DNA of 63,984 nt, the filler included, from Deltaproteobacteria bacterium (GTDB taxonomy: Bacteria; JAUYMQ01), in the NCBI GenBank assembly GCA_030698575.1. It is 10 parts of 10 records of this genome, joined end to end, with 100 filler letters (N's around TTAATTAATTAA, not from the genome) between each part and the next. Parts side by side here need not be neighbours in the genome. Positions count along the whole stretch, not along the records: positions 27,956 to 31,889 come from JAUYMQ010000069.1; positions 31,990 to 34,547 come from JAUYMQ010000072.1; positions 34,648 to 52,300 come from JAUYMQ010000073.1; 7 more parts are not named here. One strand, 5' to 3'. The position numbers and the translations under genes are program-made. The notes beneath the pieces were generated by a model. It searched no databases. It saw only the letters and a list, made by a program, of their open reading frames with translations, and was not told where the DNA came from. Positions 31,454-43,962 of the stretch are shown here, piece after piece; within the stretch, counting starts at the first letter, position 1; every line of letters starts with the position of its first letter.

Positions 31454-31813
31454 GGGGGCGTACTGGCTTCGACGGAGAGACCGAGATCCGAGGCGCATGC
31501 CGAGGTCCCGTGGGCTCGTAAAACACGCGGGAAATTGTCAACTGCCAACGACAACTACGCTCTCGCTGCTTAACTAACCCTTAAGCCAGTGAGTGTCCCT
31601 GCCGAGGACGCCTGCTAATCGGTAGGGGCACAACGCTAGCAGGCTGGTGGCGTGACGATGCCTACCCGTCGCGCCATGAGAGGCAGGTGGGCTAGCCTCG
31701 AGGGAATCCTGTCCGGGGGAGTTCCTCGCGGCGAATTCAAACCCGGAAGAAGCATGTGGTGCCTCGCGATTAAAGCTTTTCGGACGCGGGTTCGATTCCC
31801 GCCGCCTCCACCA
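31454..31813 (+). ncRNA. ssrA: tmRNA
   Basis: 5' GGGGGCG..GCTTCGAC; tag ORF ANDNYALAA* (31544-31573); 3' T-arm GGTTCGATTCC and CGCCTCCACCA; near smpB. Confidence 0.97.
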
Positions 31814-31843
31814 ATCCGACCATCGCGGAAACCCTCCGCGCGA

Positions 31844-31880
31844 CGAGCCCGCCAGGCAAGTTCTGGCGGGCTCGATTTAT
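31844..31880 (+). terminator. Terminator after ssrA
   Basis: CGAGCCCGCCAG/CTGGCGGGCTCG stem followed by ATTTAT. Confidence 0.7.
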
Positions 31881-31989
31881 GTGCCGAACNNNNNNNNNNN
31901 NNNNNNNNNNNNNNNNNNNNNNNNNNNNNNNNNTTAATTAATTAANNNNNNNNNNNNNNNNNNNNNNNNNNNNNNNNNNNNNNNNNNNN

Positions 31990-32201
31990 AACAAACCTTG
32001 ATCTATATGAAATCCATCACAGTACTGAGCGAATATCTCGATCTCGATAACCATTGCTTCCCCTTCAGCAATCCCGTCCTGACATGAAACAGCGGCCGCC
32101 ACGATCAGGCAAGCGATGATCGAGGTCAGGCCCGATTTGATCGACTTGTTGAGCACACCCAGGCCCACTCCACGACAGTCGGATGTAGGGCGGCGCTCCA
32201 C
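31990..32201 (-). CDS. Putative lipoprotein, N-terminal fragment
   Basis: AGGAGGGGG RBS before GTG; hydrophobic stretch ending in lipobox-like AVSC; cut by linker. Confidence 0.5.
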
Positions 32202-32409
32202 GCAATCCCCCTCCTGATCCGCTCAACGTCCCACAAACCCAATTCCAGCGTCAAAAATCCAATCAGGAATCATACCAGACGGGGGTGATCGCTTCCGGAC
32301 GCCCGGCTCGAAGCATCCGCCCCAAAAAACATTGAAGGGAGCGACCATCAGAACGGCTTATGAAAAGTGAAGAATCGAGGCAGAAAATCGGGCAGAAAAA
32401 CCACGGCCG

Positions 32410-32700
32410 GCCCAACAAGTCAATAAGTCAAGCCTGGCCCCGGTTTTAATCGCCCATCACCCGCAGGATGATTTCGCGCTTGCGGGGGCGGTTGTCGAAG
32501 TCGATGAGGACGATCTGCTGCCAGGTTCCGAGCAGCAGCTTCCCGTCGCTGAAGGGCACCACGAGGCTGGGGCCGAGCATGCTCGCGCGGACGTGGCTGT
32601 AGCCGTTCAAGTCGCCCCAGCGCGCGTCGTGGGCGTAGTGAATGTCGCGAGGCGCCAGCCGCTCGATCGCATCGGTCAGATCGCGCAGCACGCCGTCCTC
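32410..32700. repeat. 291-bp direct repeat, copy 1 (copy 2 at 33953-34243)
   Basis: Manual alignment: 10 mismatches, no indels. Confidence 0.95.
32446..32700 (-). pseudogene. yjbQ: 5'-truncated yjbQ copy
   Basis: Matches the 3' end (about 84 codons) of the intact gene; lacks the N-terminal ~55 aa and an RBS. Confidence 0.85.
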
Positions 32701-32723
32701 AACAATAATTCGCTACCCACACG

Positions 32724-33920
32724 CTATGCGGCCGCCGGCCCCCGGTACAGGGTGACGACGGCGGCGCCGCCCAGGCCCAGGTTGTGCTGGAGCGCCACCC
32801 TGGCGTCTTTCACCTGACGCTTGTCGGCCTCGCCGCGGAGTTGCCAGCTGAGCTCGGCGCACTGTGCCAGGCCGGTGGCACCCAGGGGATGGCCCTTCGA
32901 GATGAGCCCGCCGGAGGGGTTCACAACGACCTGCCCGCCATAGGTCTGGGCGCCCAAATCGACGAACTCCCCCGCCTTTCCCTCGGGGCAGAGCCCGAGC
33001 GCCTCGTAGGTGATAAGCTCGTTGCAGCTGAAGCAGTCGTGCAGCTCCACCACGTCCAGGTTCTCGGGGCCGAATCCGGATTGCTCGTACACCTTCCGGG
33101 CGGCAAGGCGCGTCATGTCATAGCCGACCATCTTGATGCAGCTCTTCTCATCGAAGCTCGCCGGCGTGTCGGTCACCATCGCCATGCCGGCGATCTCGAC
33201 AGCCTGCTTCTGGAGCCCGTGCTTTTCAACGAACGACTCGCTGGCCAGGATGGCGGCACCGGCCCCATCCGAAGTGGGGCAGCACTGCAGCTTGGTAAGC
33301 GGTTCGTAGACGACCGGTGCGGACAGGATTTCCTCGAAGGAATACTCTTCCCGGAACTGCGAGTAGGGGTTGTTTACCGAGTGCTTGTGGTTCTTCCAGC
33401 CAATCTTCGCGAAATGTTCCCTGGTCGTGCCGTAGAGTTCCATGTGCTCGCGACCGGCGTTTCCGAACATCTGGGGCGCCGGGGGCGCTTTGTCTAAACC
33501 GCGCAGCTCGACCATCAGCATGAAGTGCTTGTCGATCGGGTTCGTGCGATCGGTATACTTTGCGCCCAGCGAACCCTTCTCCATCTTTTCGAAGCCAAGG
33601 GCCATCGCGCAGTCGACGATCCCGCCTTCCACGAGTTGCTTCGCCATGAAGAGCGCCGTCGAGCCGGTGGAACAGTTGTTGTTCACGTTGTAGATGGGGA
33701 CGCCCGTGAGGCCGAGCTCGTAGACCGCACGCTCGCCGCAGGTGGAGTCGCCGTAGCAGTAGCCGACGGCCACCTGCTCGATCTGATCAAAGGAGATGTT
33801 GGCGTCCTCGAGGGCCTTCGTGCCGGCCTCCCGCGCCATGTCCGGATAGTCCCACTCCTTCGAGCCGGGTTTCTCAAACTTCGTCATGCCAACGCCAACG
33901 ACGTAAACTTTTCTGCTCAT
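32724..33920 (-). CDS. SCP-x-type thiolase (lipid-transfer protein family)
   Basis: [35 protein letters not shown]. Confidence 0.93.
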   Translation of the reverse strand: MSRKVYVVGVGMTKFEKPGSKEWDYPDMAREAGTKALEDANISFDQIEQVAVGYCYGDSTCGERAVYELGLTGVPIYNVNNNCSTGSTALFMAKQLVEGGIVDCAMALGFEKMEKGSLGAKYTDRTNPIDKHFMLMVELRGLDKAPPAPQMFGNAGREHMELYGTTREHFAKIGWKNHKHSVNNPYSQFREEYSFEEILSAPVVYEPLTKLQCCPTSDGAGAAILASESFVEKHGLQKQAVEIAGMAMVTDTPASFDEKSCIKMVGYDMTRLAARKVYEQSGFGPENLDVVELHDCFSCNELITYEALGLCPEGKAGEFVDLGAQTYGGQVVVNPSGGLISKGHPLGATGLAQCAELSWQLRGEADKRQVKDARVALQHNLGLGGAAVVTLYRGPAAA

Positions 33921-33952
33921 CTCGGGATCTCCTGAATGGTAAATGGAACCAA

Positions 33953-34243
33953 GCCCAACAAGTCAATAAGTCAAGCCTGGCCCCGGTTCTAATCGCCCAT
34001 CACCTGCAGAATGATTTCGCGCTTGCGGGGGCGGTTGTCGAAGTCGATGAGGACGATCTGCTGCCAGGTTCCCAGCAGCAGCTTCCCGTCGCTGAAGGGC
34101 ACCACGAGGCTGGGGCCGAGCATGCTCGCGCGGACGTGGCTGTAGCCGTTCATGTCGCCCCAGCGCGCGTCGTGGGCGTAGTGAATGTCGCGGGGCGCCA
34201 GCCGCTCGATCGCGTCGGTGAGATCGCGGACCACGCCGTCCTC
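33953..34243. repeat. 291-bp direct repeat, copy 2
   Basis: 3' part of yjbQ plus 36 bp downstream. Confidence 0.95.
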
Positions 34244-34408
34244 GAACTCGATCGTGGTGAGCGCCGCCGTGCTGCCCGAGACGAAGATCGTCACGGTTCC
34301 CGAAGTTACTCCCGACCGCCGCACCCCCTCCGCGACCTCCTCGGTCACGTCGTGGATCTCGCTCTCCCCCTGCGTCGAAAGCTTGAAAGTTTTGGTTACG
34401 ACTGCCAT
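33989..34408 (-). CDS. yjbQ: YjbQ/UPF0047 family protein
   Basis: GSTAALTTIE, NGYSHVRAS, LGTWQQI..DFD. Confidence 0.93.
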   Translation of the reverse strand: MAVVTKTFKLSTQGESEIHDVTEEVAEGVRRSGVTSGTVTIFVSGSTAALTTIEFEDGVVRDLTDAIERLAPRDIHYAHDARWGDMNGYSHVRASMLGPSLVVPFSDGKLLLGTWQQIVLIDFDNRPRKREIILQVMGD

Positions 34409-34470
34409 GAAAGCGCCCGTTTAAAAAGAGATTGTCGACGCTCACCGTCCGCCATCGCAGCCCCTGGCGC

Positions 34471-34547
34471 CTAGAACTTGGGCGCGGGCCAGCGCTTCTC
34501 GATCTCGAGGGTGAGGGCGCCGGCCACGAAGACGGACGAGTAGGTCC
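34471..34547 (-). CDS. secF: C-terminal end of protein translocase subunit SecF
   Basis: Manual translation TYSSVFVAGALTLEIEKRWPAPKF*, matching the SecF GTYSSIF motif. Confidence 0.7.
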
Positions 34548-34647
34548 NNNNNNNNNNNNNNNNNNNNNNNNNNNNNNNNNNNNNNNNNNNNTTAATTAAT
34601 TAANNNNNNNNNNNNNNNNNNNNNNNNNNNNNNNNNNNNNNNNNNNN

Positions 34648-36904
<2,257 letters not shown>

Positions 36905-36907
<3 letters not shown>

Positions 36908-36934
36908 TGGGGTCAGACCCCTTTACTTTAGGGG
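36905..36934. repeat. Single GGGGTCAGACCCC copy with conserved flanks
   Basis: TAATGGGGTCAGACCCCTTTACTTTAGGGG is 28/30 identical to 28386-28415. Confidence 0.85.
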
Positions 36935-37392
36935 CGCCAGACGGTGGGCGGCGTGCCGCTCGCAAGATCCGCCAGCGAGAACAGCTCGATGCGCCAGGGG
37001 GTGAGCTTGAGCACCCCGTAGCCGGGGTCGTCCACGTCCTTCCAGAACGCGCCGGGGTCATAGCCCATCGGCGAGGGTGTCTCCTTCAGGAGATCCCAGA
37101 TGCGCCGCTTCACGCCCGGCTCGTCGATCCACTCGGCGCGGCAGTCGGCGTAGACCTGCTCCTGGTTCTGATCCCAGTAGGTGAGCGACACGTAGGGATT
37201 TCCCGCGAGGTGTTTCGCCTTGAGCGTCTGGCGCCCGGTGGCAATCCAGCCTGTCGCGCCCTCCCAGATCGGGTGAAGCAGCCGCGAGCGCGGCCGTCCC
37301 TTCGTATCAACTGTCGTGACCGTGCACCAGACGATGCGGCTCACCCGCTCGTGAAAGGTCTTCTCGATCTCCTTGAACGACGCTGCAGGCAT
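36928..37392 (-). CDS. Pyridoxamine 5'-phosphate oxidase-like split-barrel protein
   Basis: TVDTKGRPRSR, K.KHLAGNPYVSL, LKLTPWRIE. Confidence 0.85.
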   Translation of the reverse strand: MPAASFKEIEKTFHERVSRIVWCTVTTVDTKGRPRSRLLHPIWEGATGWIATGRQTLKAKHLAGNPYVSLTYWDQNQEQVYADCRAEWIDEPGVKRRIWDLLKETPSPMGYDPGAFWKDVDDPGYGVLKLTPWRIELFSLADLASGTPPTVWRP

Positions 37393-37481
37393 GATCGCCT
37401 CCTATTGACGGAGGCCGGACCGGGGTTTAACTAGACAGATCCGACTCCCTTTCTTTATCTCCCACTTTAAAGGATTACCTG

Positions 37482-38642
37482 ATGAATGTGCACGAGTACC
37501 AGGGAAAGGAAATTTTGAAGAAATACGGTGTGCCGGTCCCGGCCGGACGCGTGGCAACCACGCCGGCTGAGGCGGAAGCCATCGCGAAGGAGCTGGGCGG
37601 CGGCACGGTCGTGGTGAAGGCCCAGATTCACGCCGGCGGCCGGGGGAAGGGGGGCGGCGTCATGATCGCCAAGAACCCCGCCGAGGCGAAGGCTGCCGCG
37701 GAGAAGATCCTCGGCATGCAGCTCGTCACCCACCAGACCGGCCCCGGGGGCAAGGAGGTTCACCGCGTGCTCGTCGAGGCGGGGTGCAACATCGCTCGCG
37801 AGCTTTATCTCGGCGTAACGATGGATCGCGCGACCGAGAAGATCGTGGTCATGGCCTGCGCCGAGGGCGGTGTCGAGATCGAGGAGATCGCCGCACGGAC
37901 GCCGGAGAAGATCCTCAAGGTCTTCGTCGATCCGCTGCTCGGGATGCAGCCCTTCCAGGCGCGCCAGCTGGCCTTCGGCCTCGGGCTCGGCAAGGATCTC
38001 GTGAAGAAGGCCGTCCCCGCCATCCTGGCGCTCTACCGCGCCTTCGTCGAGAACGACGGATCGATGGCCGAGATCAACCCGCTCGTCATCACGAAGGAGG
38101 GCGACGTGCTCGCCCTCGACGCCAAGATGAACTTCGACGGCAACGCGCTCTACCGCCATCCGGCCGTCGCGGCCATGCGCGACGAGAGCGAGGAGGATCC
38201 GCAGGAGCTGGAGGCCTCGAAGCACGACCTTTCGTACGTCTCGCTCGATGGAAATATCGGCTGCATGGTGAACGGCGCCGGGCTCGCCATGGCCACGATG
38301 GATTTGATCAAGCAGCAGGGGGGCGAGCCGGCGAACTTCCTCGATGTCGGCGGCGGCGCCGATCAGGCCCGCGTGGCGACCGCCTTCAAACTCATCCTGG
38401 CCGACAAGAACGTGCGGGCCATCCTCGTGAACATCTTCGGCGGCATCCTCCGGTGCGACATCATCGCCGGCGGCATCGTGGCGGCGGCCCGCGAGGTGAA
38501 CCTCGCGCTCCCGCTCGTGGTGCGCCTCCGGGGAACCAACGAGGAGGAAGGGCGGCAGATCCTGGCGGAGTCCGGTCTGCAGATCATGGCCGCCAGCGGC
38601 ATGGCCGACGCCGCCGAGAAGGTGGTACAGTCGGTCCAGTGA
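37482..38642 (+). CDS. sucC: Succinyl-CoA synthetase beta subunit
   Basis: [42 protein letters not shown]. Confidence 0.98.
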   Translation: MNVHEYQGKEILKKYGVPVPAGRVATTPAEAEAIAKELGGGTVVVKAQIHAGGRGKGGGVMIAKNPAEAKAAAEKILGMQLVTHQTGPGGKEVHRVLVEAGCNIARELYLGVTMDRATEKIVVMACAEGGVEIEEIAARTPEKILKVFVDPLLGMQPFQARQLAFGLGLGKDLVKKAVPAILALYRAFVENDGSMAEINPLVITKEGDVLALDAKMNFDGNALYRHPAVAAMRDESEEDPQELEASKHDLSYVSLDGNIGCMVNGAGLAMATMDLIKQQGGEPANFLDVGGGADQARVATAFKLILADKNVRAILVNIFGGILRCDIIAGGIVAAAREVNLALPLVVRLRGTNEEEGRQILAESGLQIMAASGMADAAEKVVQSVQ

Positions 38643-38686
38643 GCGGTCCGGGCGCCCGATTCTGCCCCTCCAAGACGCGTAAACCC

Positions 38687-38716
38687 TTGTCATCCGGCGG
38701 CCTTGCGGGCTATACT
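38687..38716 (+). promoter_or_regulatory. Candidate sigma70 promoter between sucC and sucD
   Basis: TTGTCA-N18-TATACT in a 190-bp gap. Confidence 0.45.
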
Positions 38717-38832
38717 CCGCCTCCGCAACGGCGCTTCGGGTAAATGACGCCCCTTTCTCCGGGACCTCCCGGTGGAAGGTACCTCCCCGGACACCATCCA
38801 CCATCCGGCCCACCTCGAGGGAACCTGGTCGC

Positions 38833-39708
38833 ATGTCCATACTTGTGAACAAAGAAACTCGTGTGATCTGCCAGGGGATCACCGGGAGCCAGGGACTCTT
38901 TCATTCCCAGAAGTCGATCGAGTACGGCACGAAGGTCGTGGGCGGCGTCACGCCCGGAAAGGGCGGGACCAAGATCGAGGGTCTGCCGGTCTTCGACACC
39001 GTGAAGCAGGCCGCCGCCGAGGTGAAGCCCGACGCCAGCGTGATTTTTGTTCCCCCCCCGCTCGCGCCCGACGCGATTATCGAGGCGGCGGACGCAGGGG
39101 TGGCGCTCATTGTCTGCATCACGGAGGGGATCCCGGCCCTCGACATGCTCCGCGTCAAGCGTTACCTGCGCACGACCGGCTCGCGCCTCATCGGCCCCAA
39201 CTGCCCTGGCATCATCACGCCGCTGGAGTGTCGCATCGGAATCATGCCCGCCTCCATATTCAGCCCGGGGCGCGTGGGCGTGGTTTCGAAGTCGGGCACG
39301 CTTACCTACGAGACGGTCGGGCAGCTCTCCGCCCGCAAGATCGGGCAGTCGACCTGCGTGGGAATCGGTGGCGATCCCGTCATCGGCTCGACCTTCATTG
39401 ACATGCTGACGCTCTTCGAAGCCGACCGCGATACCGACGTTGTGGTGATGATCGGCGAGATCGGTGGAACCGCCGAGGAGGAAGCAGCCGCATTCGTGAA
39501 GGGGCACATGAAGAAGCCTGTCGTGGGGTTCATCGCCGGACAGACGGCACCCAAGGGAAAGCGGATGGGGCATGCGGGGGCCATCATCGCCGGAGGCAAG
39601 GGGACGGCATCCGAGAAGATCGCGGCCATGAAGGCCGCGGGAATCACGGTCTCTCCGAGCCCGGCCGAGATCGGCGAGACCGTGGCGTCGGTTTTGGGGA
39701 AGAGCTAA
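38833..39708 (+). CDS. sucD: Succinyl-CoA synthetase alpha subunit
   Basis: [30 protein letters not shown] (phospho-His). Confidence 0.98.
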   Translation: MSILVNKETRVICQGITGSQGLFHSQKSIEYGTKVVGGVTPGKGGTKIEGLPVFDTVKQAAAEVKPDASVIFVPPPLAPDAIIEAADAGVALIVCITEGIPALDMLRVKRYLRTTGSRLIGPNCPGIITPLECRIGIMPASIFSPGRVGVVSKSGTLTYETVGQLSARKIGQSTCVGIGGDPVIGSTFIDMLTLFEADRDTDVVVMIGEIGGTAEEEAAAFVKGHMKKPVVGFIAGQTAPKGKRMGHAGAIIAGGKGTASEKIAAMKAAGITVSPSPAEIGETVASVLGKS

Positions 39709-39814
39709 GGAATTCTCCGTTCCGGACGATCCGGAGGGGAGACGCGAGCGGCCGAGATGGGGCCCGCTGGCTGCCCGATGCACGCAAACTCACATCGAGG
39801 AGCATCCAGACAAA

Positions 39815-41608
39815 ATGGACCTTCCTAGTAAGGGCGCGTTAGAGATTGCCCGGCCAGGCGGGGAAGTGAAGGACATCACCATTGGCATGGTGGGCAGCGG
39901 CGGCGACGGTGTCATCAGCGCCGGCGAGTTCCTCGTGACGGCCGCCGCCAATGAGGGCCTCTACTCATACCTCCTCAAGGCTTTCGGGCCGCAGATCCGC
40001 GGCGGCGAATCATCCTGCCGCGTCCGCATCAGCGATCATCATCTGTACACCCACGGCATTGGCCTCGACGTCCTGGTGGTGTTCAACTGGAAAGACTTCA
40101 TGAAGATGAAGTCGGAACTGGTGATCAAGGACGGCATCTTCATCATATACGAGGAGAAGGACCCTACGCCCGAAGACGAGATCCCCATCGATCCGTCGAT
40201 CAACCGGACGGTCTGCCGGATCCCGCTCTCGAAGCTGGCCATGGATCTGGGGGGTTCGGCGCTCGCGAAGAACATGGTGACGCTGGGAATCATCGCCGAG
40301 GCTTTTCACCTCCCCTCCGACGGGCTGCGGCAGGCGCTCCGCGACAAGTTCCAGAGGAAGGGCGAGAAGGTTGTCGCGTCGAACATCGCCGCCCTCGAAG
40401 GCGGGATGAGCTACGCGCGTGAGCACCTGCGAGACGTTCCCGTGTGGCTGGACTACATCGGCGGGACCCCCAAGATGGCCATCACCGGTAACGAGGCGCT
40501 CTCGGCGGGCGCGCTCTATGCCGGCTGCCGTTTCTACGCAGGCTATCCCATCACGCCTTCCACCGAGAACCTCGAGTGGATGGCCCACGAGCTGCCGAAG
40601 TTCGGCGGAACCTGCATCCAGGCGGAGGACGAGCTGGCGGCCATCGCCATGCTTGTGGGAGCGTCCTTTTCCGGGGCGAAGGCCATGACGAGCACTGCGG
40701 GGCCGGGCCTCTCGCTCATGACCGAGGCCCTGGGGCTCGCGTCCATGGCGGAGCTCCCCATGGTCGTGGTGAACTGCCAGCGGACCGGGCCCTCAACCGG
40801 CATTCCCACCAAGCCGGAGCAGAGCGATCTCTACCAGGCGCTCTTCTCGGCCCACGGCGACGCGCCGCGCCCGGTGCTGGCGCCCATCAGCGTCTTCGAC
40901 TGCTTCCGGATCGCGGTCGAAGCCTTCAACATCGCAGAGGCCTTCCAGACGCCGGTGATCGTTCTGTCGGATCAGCTCATCGCACAGCGGAAAGTGTCGG
41001 TGGATCGAATCGATCCCCGCAGGCTCGCCGTGCACAACCGCAAGCAGCCGGCCGCCGGCAATCTCGAGGGATACAAGCGCTTCGAGCTCACCGACGACGG
41101 GATCTCTCCGATGGCGCTCCCGGGCACCAAGGGAGGCGCTTATGTGGCCTCGGGCATCGAACACGACGAGACGGGGGAGCCCACCTCCAGCGGCGTGCTG
41201 CACCGGAAGATGAACCAGAAGCGGATCAACAAGCTCGAGCCGCTTCGTGAATGGTCCAACCTGGTCATGAACTTCGGCCACGAGAACGCGACCGTCGGCG
41301 CCATCTCCTGGGGGTCGTCGGTAAACGTGCTCCGGGAGGTGCAGGTCCGGCTGGCGGAGCAGGGGATGCATTTCCGCATCATCGCCCCGAGCATTCTCTA
41401 CCCGCTTCCCACCCGCGTTCTCCAGTCCTTCGTCGACGCGATGGACAAGCTGCTCATTCTCGAAATGAGCGAGATGGGGCAGTTCTATCACTACCTGCGA
41501 ATGCATCTGGATCTCCCCGCCGACAAGGTAAAGACTTACTACCGAAGCGGCGGCCGTGTCTTCTCGGTGTTCGAGATCGAGGATGAGATGAGAGGATTGC
41601 TGTCATGA
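39815..41608 (+). CDS. korA: 2-oxoacid:ferredoxin oxidoreductase alpha(+gamma) subunit
   Basis: GSGGDG, QIRGGES, GYPITPST, QAEDE, QRTGPSTGIPT. Confidence 0.9.
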   Translation: MDLPSKGALEIARPGGEVKDITIGMVGSGGDGVISAGEFLVTAAANEGLYSYLLKAFGPQIRGGESSCRVRISDHHLYTHGIGLDVLVVFNWKDFMKMKSELVIKDGIFIIYEEKDPTPEDEIPIDPSINRTVCRIPLSKLAMDLGGSALAKNMVTLGIIAEAFHLPSDGLRQALRDKFQRKGEKVVASNIAALEGGMSYAREHLRDVPVWLDYIGGTPKMAITGNEALSAGALYAGCRFYAGYPITPSTENLEWMAHELPKFGGTCIQAEDELAAIAMLVGASFSGAKAMTSTAGPGLSLMTEALGLASMAELPMVVVNCQRTGPSTGIPTKPEQSDLYQALFSAHGDAPRPVLAPISVFDCFRIAVEAFNIAEAFQTPVIVLSDQLIAQRKVSVDRIDPRRLAVHNRKQPAAGNLEGYKRFELTDDGISPMALPGTKGGAYVASGIEHDETGEPTSSGVLHRKMNQKRINKLEPLREWSNLVMNFGHENATVGAISWGSSVNVLREVQVRLAEQGMHFRIIAPSILYPLPTRVLQSFVDAMDKLLILEMSEMGQFYHYLRMHLDLPADKVKTYYRSGGRVFSVFEIEDEMRGLLS

Positions 41609-42504
41609 GCGACGTATTGAGCGGAAGCGAGGAAGCGGGAAGCCCGACCACGTACACCGTCAAGGATTACCACGGCCCGATGGAGAACATCTGGTGCGCG
41701 GGCTGCGGAGACTTCGGCGTGCTGAGCGCGATCTACAAGTCGCTTGCGCAGCTGCAGCTCTCGCCCGACGACACGGCGATCATCAGCGGCATCGGCTGCT
41801 CGAGCCGGCTTCCCGGCTACGTGTCGACCTACGGCTTCAATTCAATTCACGGCCGGGTGATTCCCATCGCCACGGGCGTCAAGGCGGCCAATCCCGAGCT
41901 GACCGTGATGGCCGTAGGGGGCGACGGCGACGCCTTCTCCATCGGCGGCGGCCACATCCCCCACGGGGCGCGCCGCAACGTGGACATCACCTACGTGATC
42001 ATGGACAACCAGGTGTACGGCCTCACGAAGGGCCAGTACTCGGCCACCACGCCCAAAGGCGACGTCATGAGTTCGACCACTCTCGGCAGCACCGAGGAAG
42101 CGATCAACCCGCTCTTCATGTGCCTTGCCTACGGCGTGAGCTTTCTGGCGCAGGCCTTCTCGAGCAACCAGAAGATGCTCACGGATCTCATTGTGCAGGG
42201 CATCGAGCACCCCGGCTTCGCCGTGATCAACGTCATGTCGCCCTGCACGACCTTTCGCGGGCACGACCAGTTCAAGGAGATCAAGGCGGGCGCGGTAAAT
42301 CTTTATGAGCTCGGGCACGATCCCACGAGCATGGACGCGGCCCTTCAGATCGTGCGGCGGCCCGACGCGCAGCACTGCTTCGGGTTGATCTACCGCGCGG
42401 AGAGGCCGAGCCTGGAGGAGCAGCTCTCGGATCTGCGCGGTCGCTTCAAGGCCAAGGGGGCGGCCTACGATCCCGCGGATGTGCTGAAGCAATTCGAGGT
42501 TTAG
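41605..42504 (+). CDS. korB: 2-oxoacid:ferredoxin oxidoreductase beta subunit
   Basis: [19 protein letters not shown] (TPP), YGLTKGQ, SPC. Confidence 0.9.
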   Translation: MSDVLSGSEEAGSPTTYTVKDYHGPMENIWCAGCGDFGVLSAIYKSLAQLQLSPDDTAIISGIGCSSRLPGYVSTYGFNSIHGRVIPIATGVKAANPELTVMAVGGDGDAFSIGGGHIPHGARRNVDITYVIMDNQVYGLTKGQYSATTPKGDVMSSTTLGSTEEAINPLFMCLAYGVSFLAQAFSSNQKMLTDLIVQGIEHPGFAVINVMSPCTTFRGHDQFKEIKAGAVNLYELGHDPTSMDAALQIVRRPDAQHCFGLIYRAERPSLEEQLSDLRGRFKAKGAAYDPADVLKQFEV

Positions 42505-42524
42505 GATCCAGGAGGAGGTGGCGC

Positions 42525-42947
42525 TTGGCGCTTGAACGAACACTCTCGATCATCAAACCGGATGCTGTCGCCAAGAATCAGATTGGCGAGGTGATACGCT
42601 TTCTCGAGAAGGGCGGGCTCAGAATCGTCGCGATGAGGATGGTGAATCTGACGAAGGCCCAGGCAGAGGGGTTTTATGCCGTCCACCGCGAGCGGCCCTT
42701 CTTCGACAGCTTGACGAGTTTCATGTCGAGCGGCCCCGCGGTCGTCATGACTCTCGAGGGTGAGAAGGCCATCTCCCGGAACCGGGAGATCATGGGCGCG
42801 ACGGATCCAGCCAAGGCGACGGATGGCACGATTCGCAAGGCGGTCGGCTCGAACGTCGAGCAGAATGCCGTGCACGGAAGCGACGCTCCTGAAACAGCGC
42901 GCGAGGAGATCGCGTACTTCTTCAACCAGCTGGACGTCTGCGGCTAG
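42525..42947 (+). CDS. ndk: Nucleoside diphosphate kinase
   Basis: [19 protein letters not shown]. Confidence 0.98.
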   Translation: MALERTLSIIKPDAVAKNQIGEVIRFLEKGGLRIVAMRMVNLTKAQAEGFYAVHRERPFFDSLTSFMSSGPAVVMTLEGEKAISRNREIMGATDPAKATDGTIRKAVGSNVEQNAVHGSDAPETAREEIAYFFNQLDVCG

Positions 42948-42969
42948 CGGGCCCGCCCCGCGGCTGGAT

Positions 42970-43010
42970 GGGACGCCTGACCCCCTGGGAGCGGCGTCCC
43001 CTCTTTTTTT
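42970..43010 (+). terminator. Intrinsic terminator after ndk
   Basis: GGGACGCC/GGCGTCCC stem followed by T7. Confidence 0.7.
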
Positions 43011-43081
43011 CAGCCGGCGCGGCCAGGATTCGGCCGGATCGGCCAGGCAAGCCAGGTCGGCCGGGTTTGGAGGACAGCTCC

Positions 43082-43945
43082 TTGGATCAGGCGCGTTTGG
43101 GCGTGATCGGCGGCAGCGGTTTGTACGCGATCGAGGGGCTCGAGGACGTCCGCGAGGTCCGCGTTCGCACACCCTTCGGCGCTCCCTCCGACCGGTACGT
43201 CCTCGGCACGCTTGACGGTGTGCCGATGATCTTTCTTCCCCGCCACGGCCAGGGACATCGCATCCAGCCCTCTGACCTCAACTTCCGTGCCAACATCTGG
43301 GGGATGAAGAAGCTCGGGGCTGAGTGGATCGTGGGGGTCTCCGCGGTCGGCTCGATGAAGGAGACGATCAAACCCGGGGACATCGTGGCGGTTGATCAGT
43401 TCATCGATCGCACCCGCCACCGCCCCGATACCTTCTTCGGGGACGGCCTGGTTGTGCACGTCGCTCTTGCCGAGCCGGTCTGCGGCGCGCTCCGGGAGGC
43501 CCTGATCGCCGCGGCGAAGGAGGCCGGCGCGCGGGTTCATCCCCGCGGCACCTACCTCTGCATGGAGGGCCCGCAGTTCTCCACCCGTGCCGAGTCGCTT
43601 CTGTACCGATCCTGGGACGTCGATGTCATCGGAATGACGAACCTCCAGGAGGCCAAACTGGCCCGGGAGGCGGAAATTTGCTACGCGACGGTTGCCTTGG
43701 CGACCGACTACGATTGCTGGCACGAGGCGGAAGAATCTGTGACGGCGGACGGCATTTTGAAGGTCCTTCACCAGAACGTGGCGATGGCCAAGGAGATCGT
43801 GAGGCGTCTTGGTCCGCGCCGCCCCATGCCGCGCAAGTGCGCGTGCCCCGAGGCGCTGGCGGGCGCCATCATCACGGATCGCGCGAAAATTCCGGCGGCG
43901 GCGCGCAAGCGCCTGGATCTTCTCGTCGGGAAGTATCTCGACTGA
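43082..43945 (+). CDS. mtnP: S-methyl-5'-thioadenosine phosphorylase
   Basis: TTG start after GGAGG; GVIGGSG, RHG, EGPQFSTRAES, IGMT, TDYDCW. Confidence 0.95.
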   Translation: MDQARLGVIGGSGLYAIEGLEDVREVRVRTPFGAPSDRYVLGTLDGVPMIFLPRHGQGHRIQPSDLNFRANIWGMKKLGAEWIVGVSAVGSMKETIKPGDIVAVDQFIDRTRHRPDTFFGDGLVVHVALAEPVCGALREALIAAAKEAGARVHPRGTYLCMEGPQFSTRAESLLYRSWDVDVIGMTNLQEAKLAREAEICYATVALATDYDCWHEAEESVTADGILKVLHQNVAMAKEIVRRLGPRRPMPRKCACPEALAGAIITDRAKIPAAARKRLDLLVGKYLD

Positions 43946-43962
43946 TTTCGGAGGAACTGGCT

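Noticed and set aside
31770-31813. Separate tRNA gene (T-arm plus CCA)
   Set aside because: It is the tRNA-like 3' domain of tmRNA.
31814-32200. Genomic island integrated at the ssrA 3' end
   Set aside because: A terminator follows ssrA, the contig ends 76 bp later, and the next sequence is across a linker; no integrase or att duplicate is seen.
32410-32445. Integron attC site (GCCCAAC / GTTGGGC core at the repeat edge)
   Set aside because: No matching inverse core or attC-length hairpin, and no integron integrase in view.
32410-34243. DGR template/variable repeat pair
   Set aside because: Mismatches are not adenine-specific, are mostly silent, and no reverse transcriptase is present.
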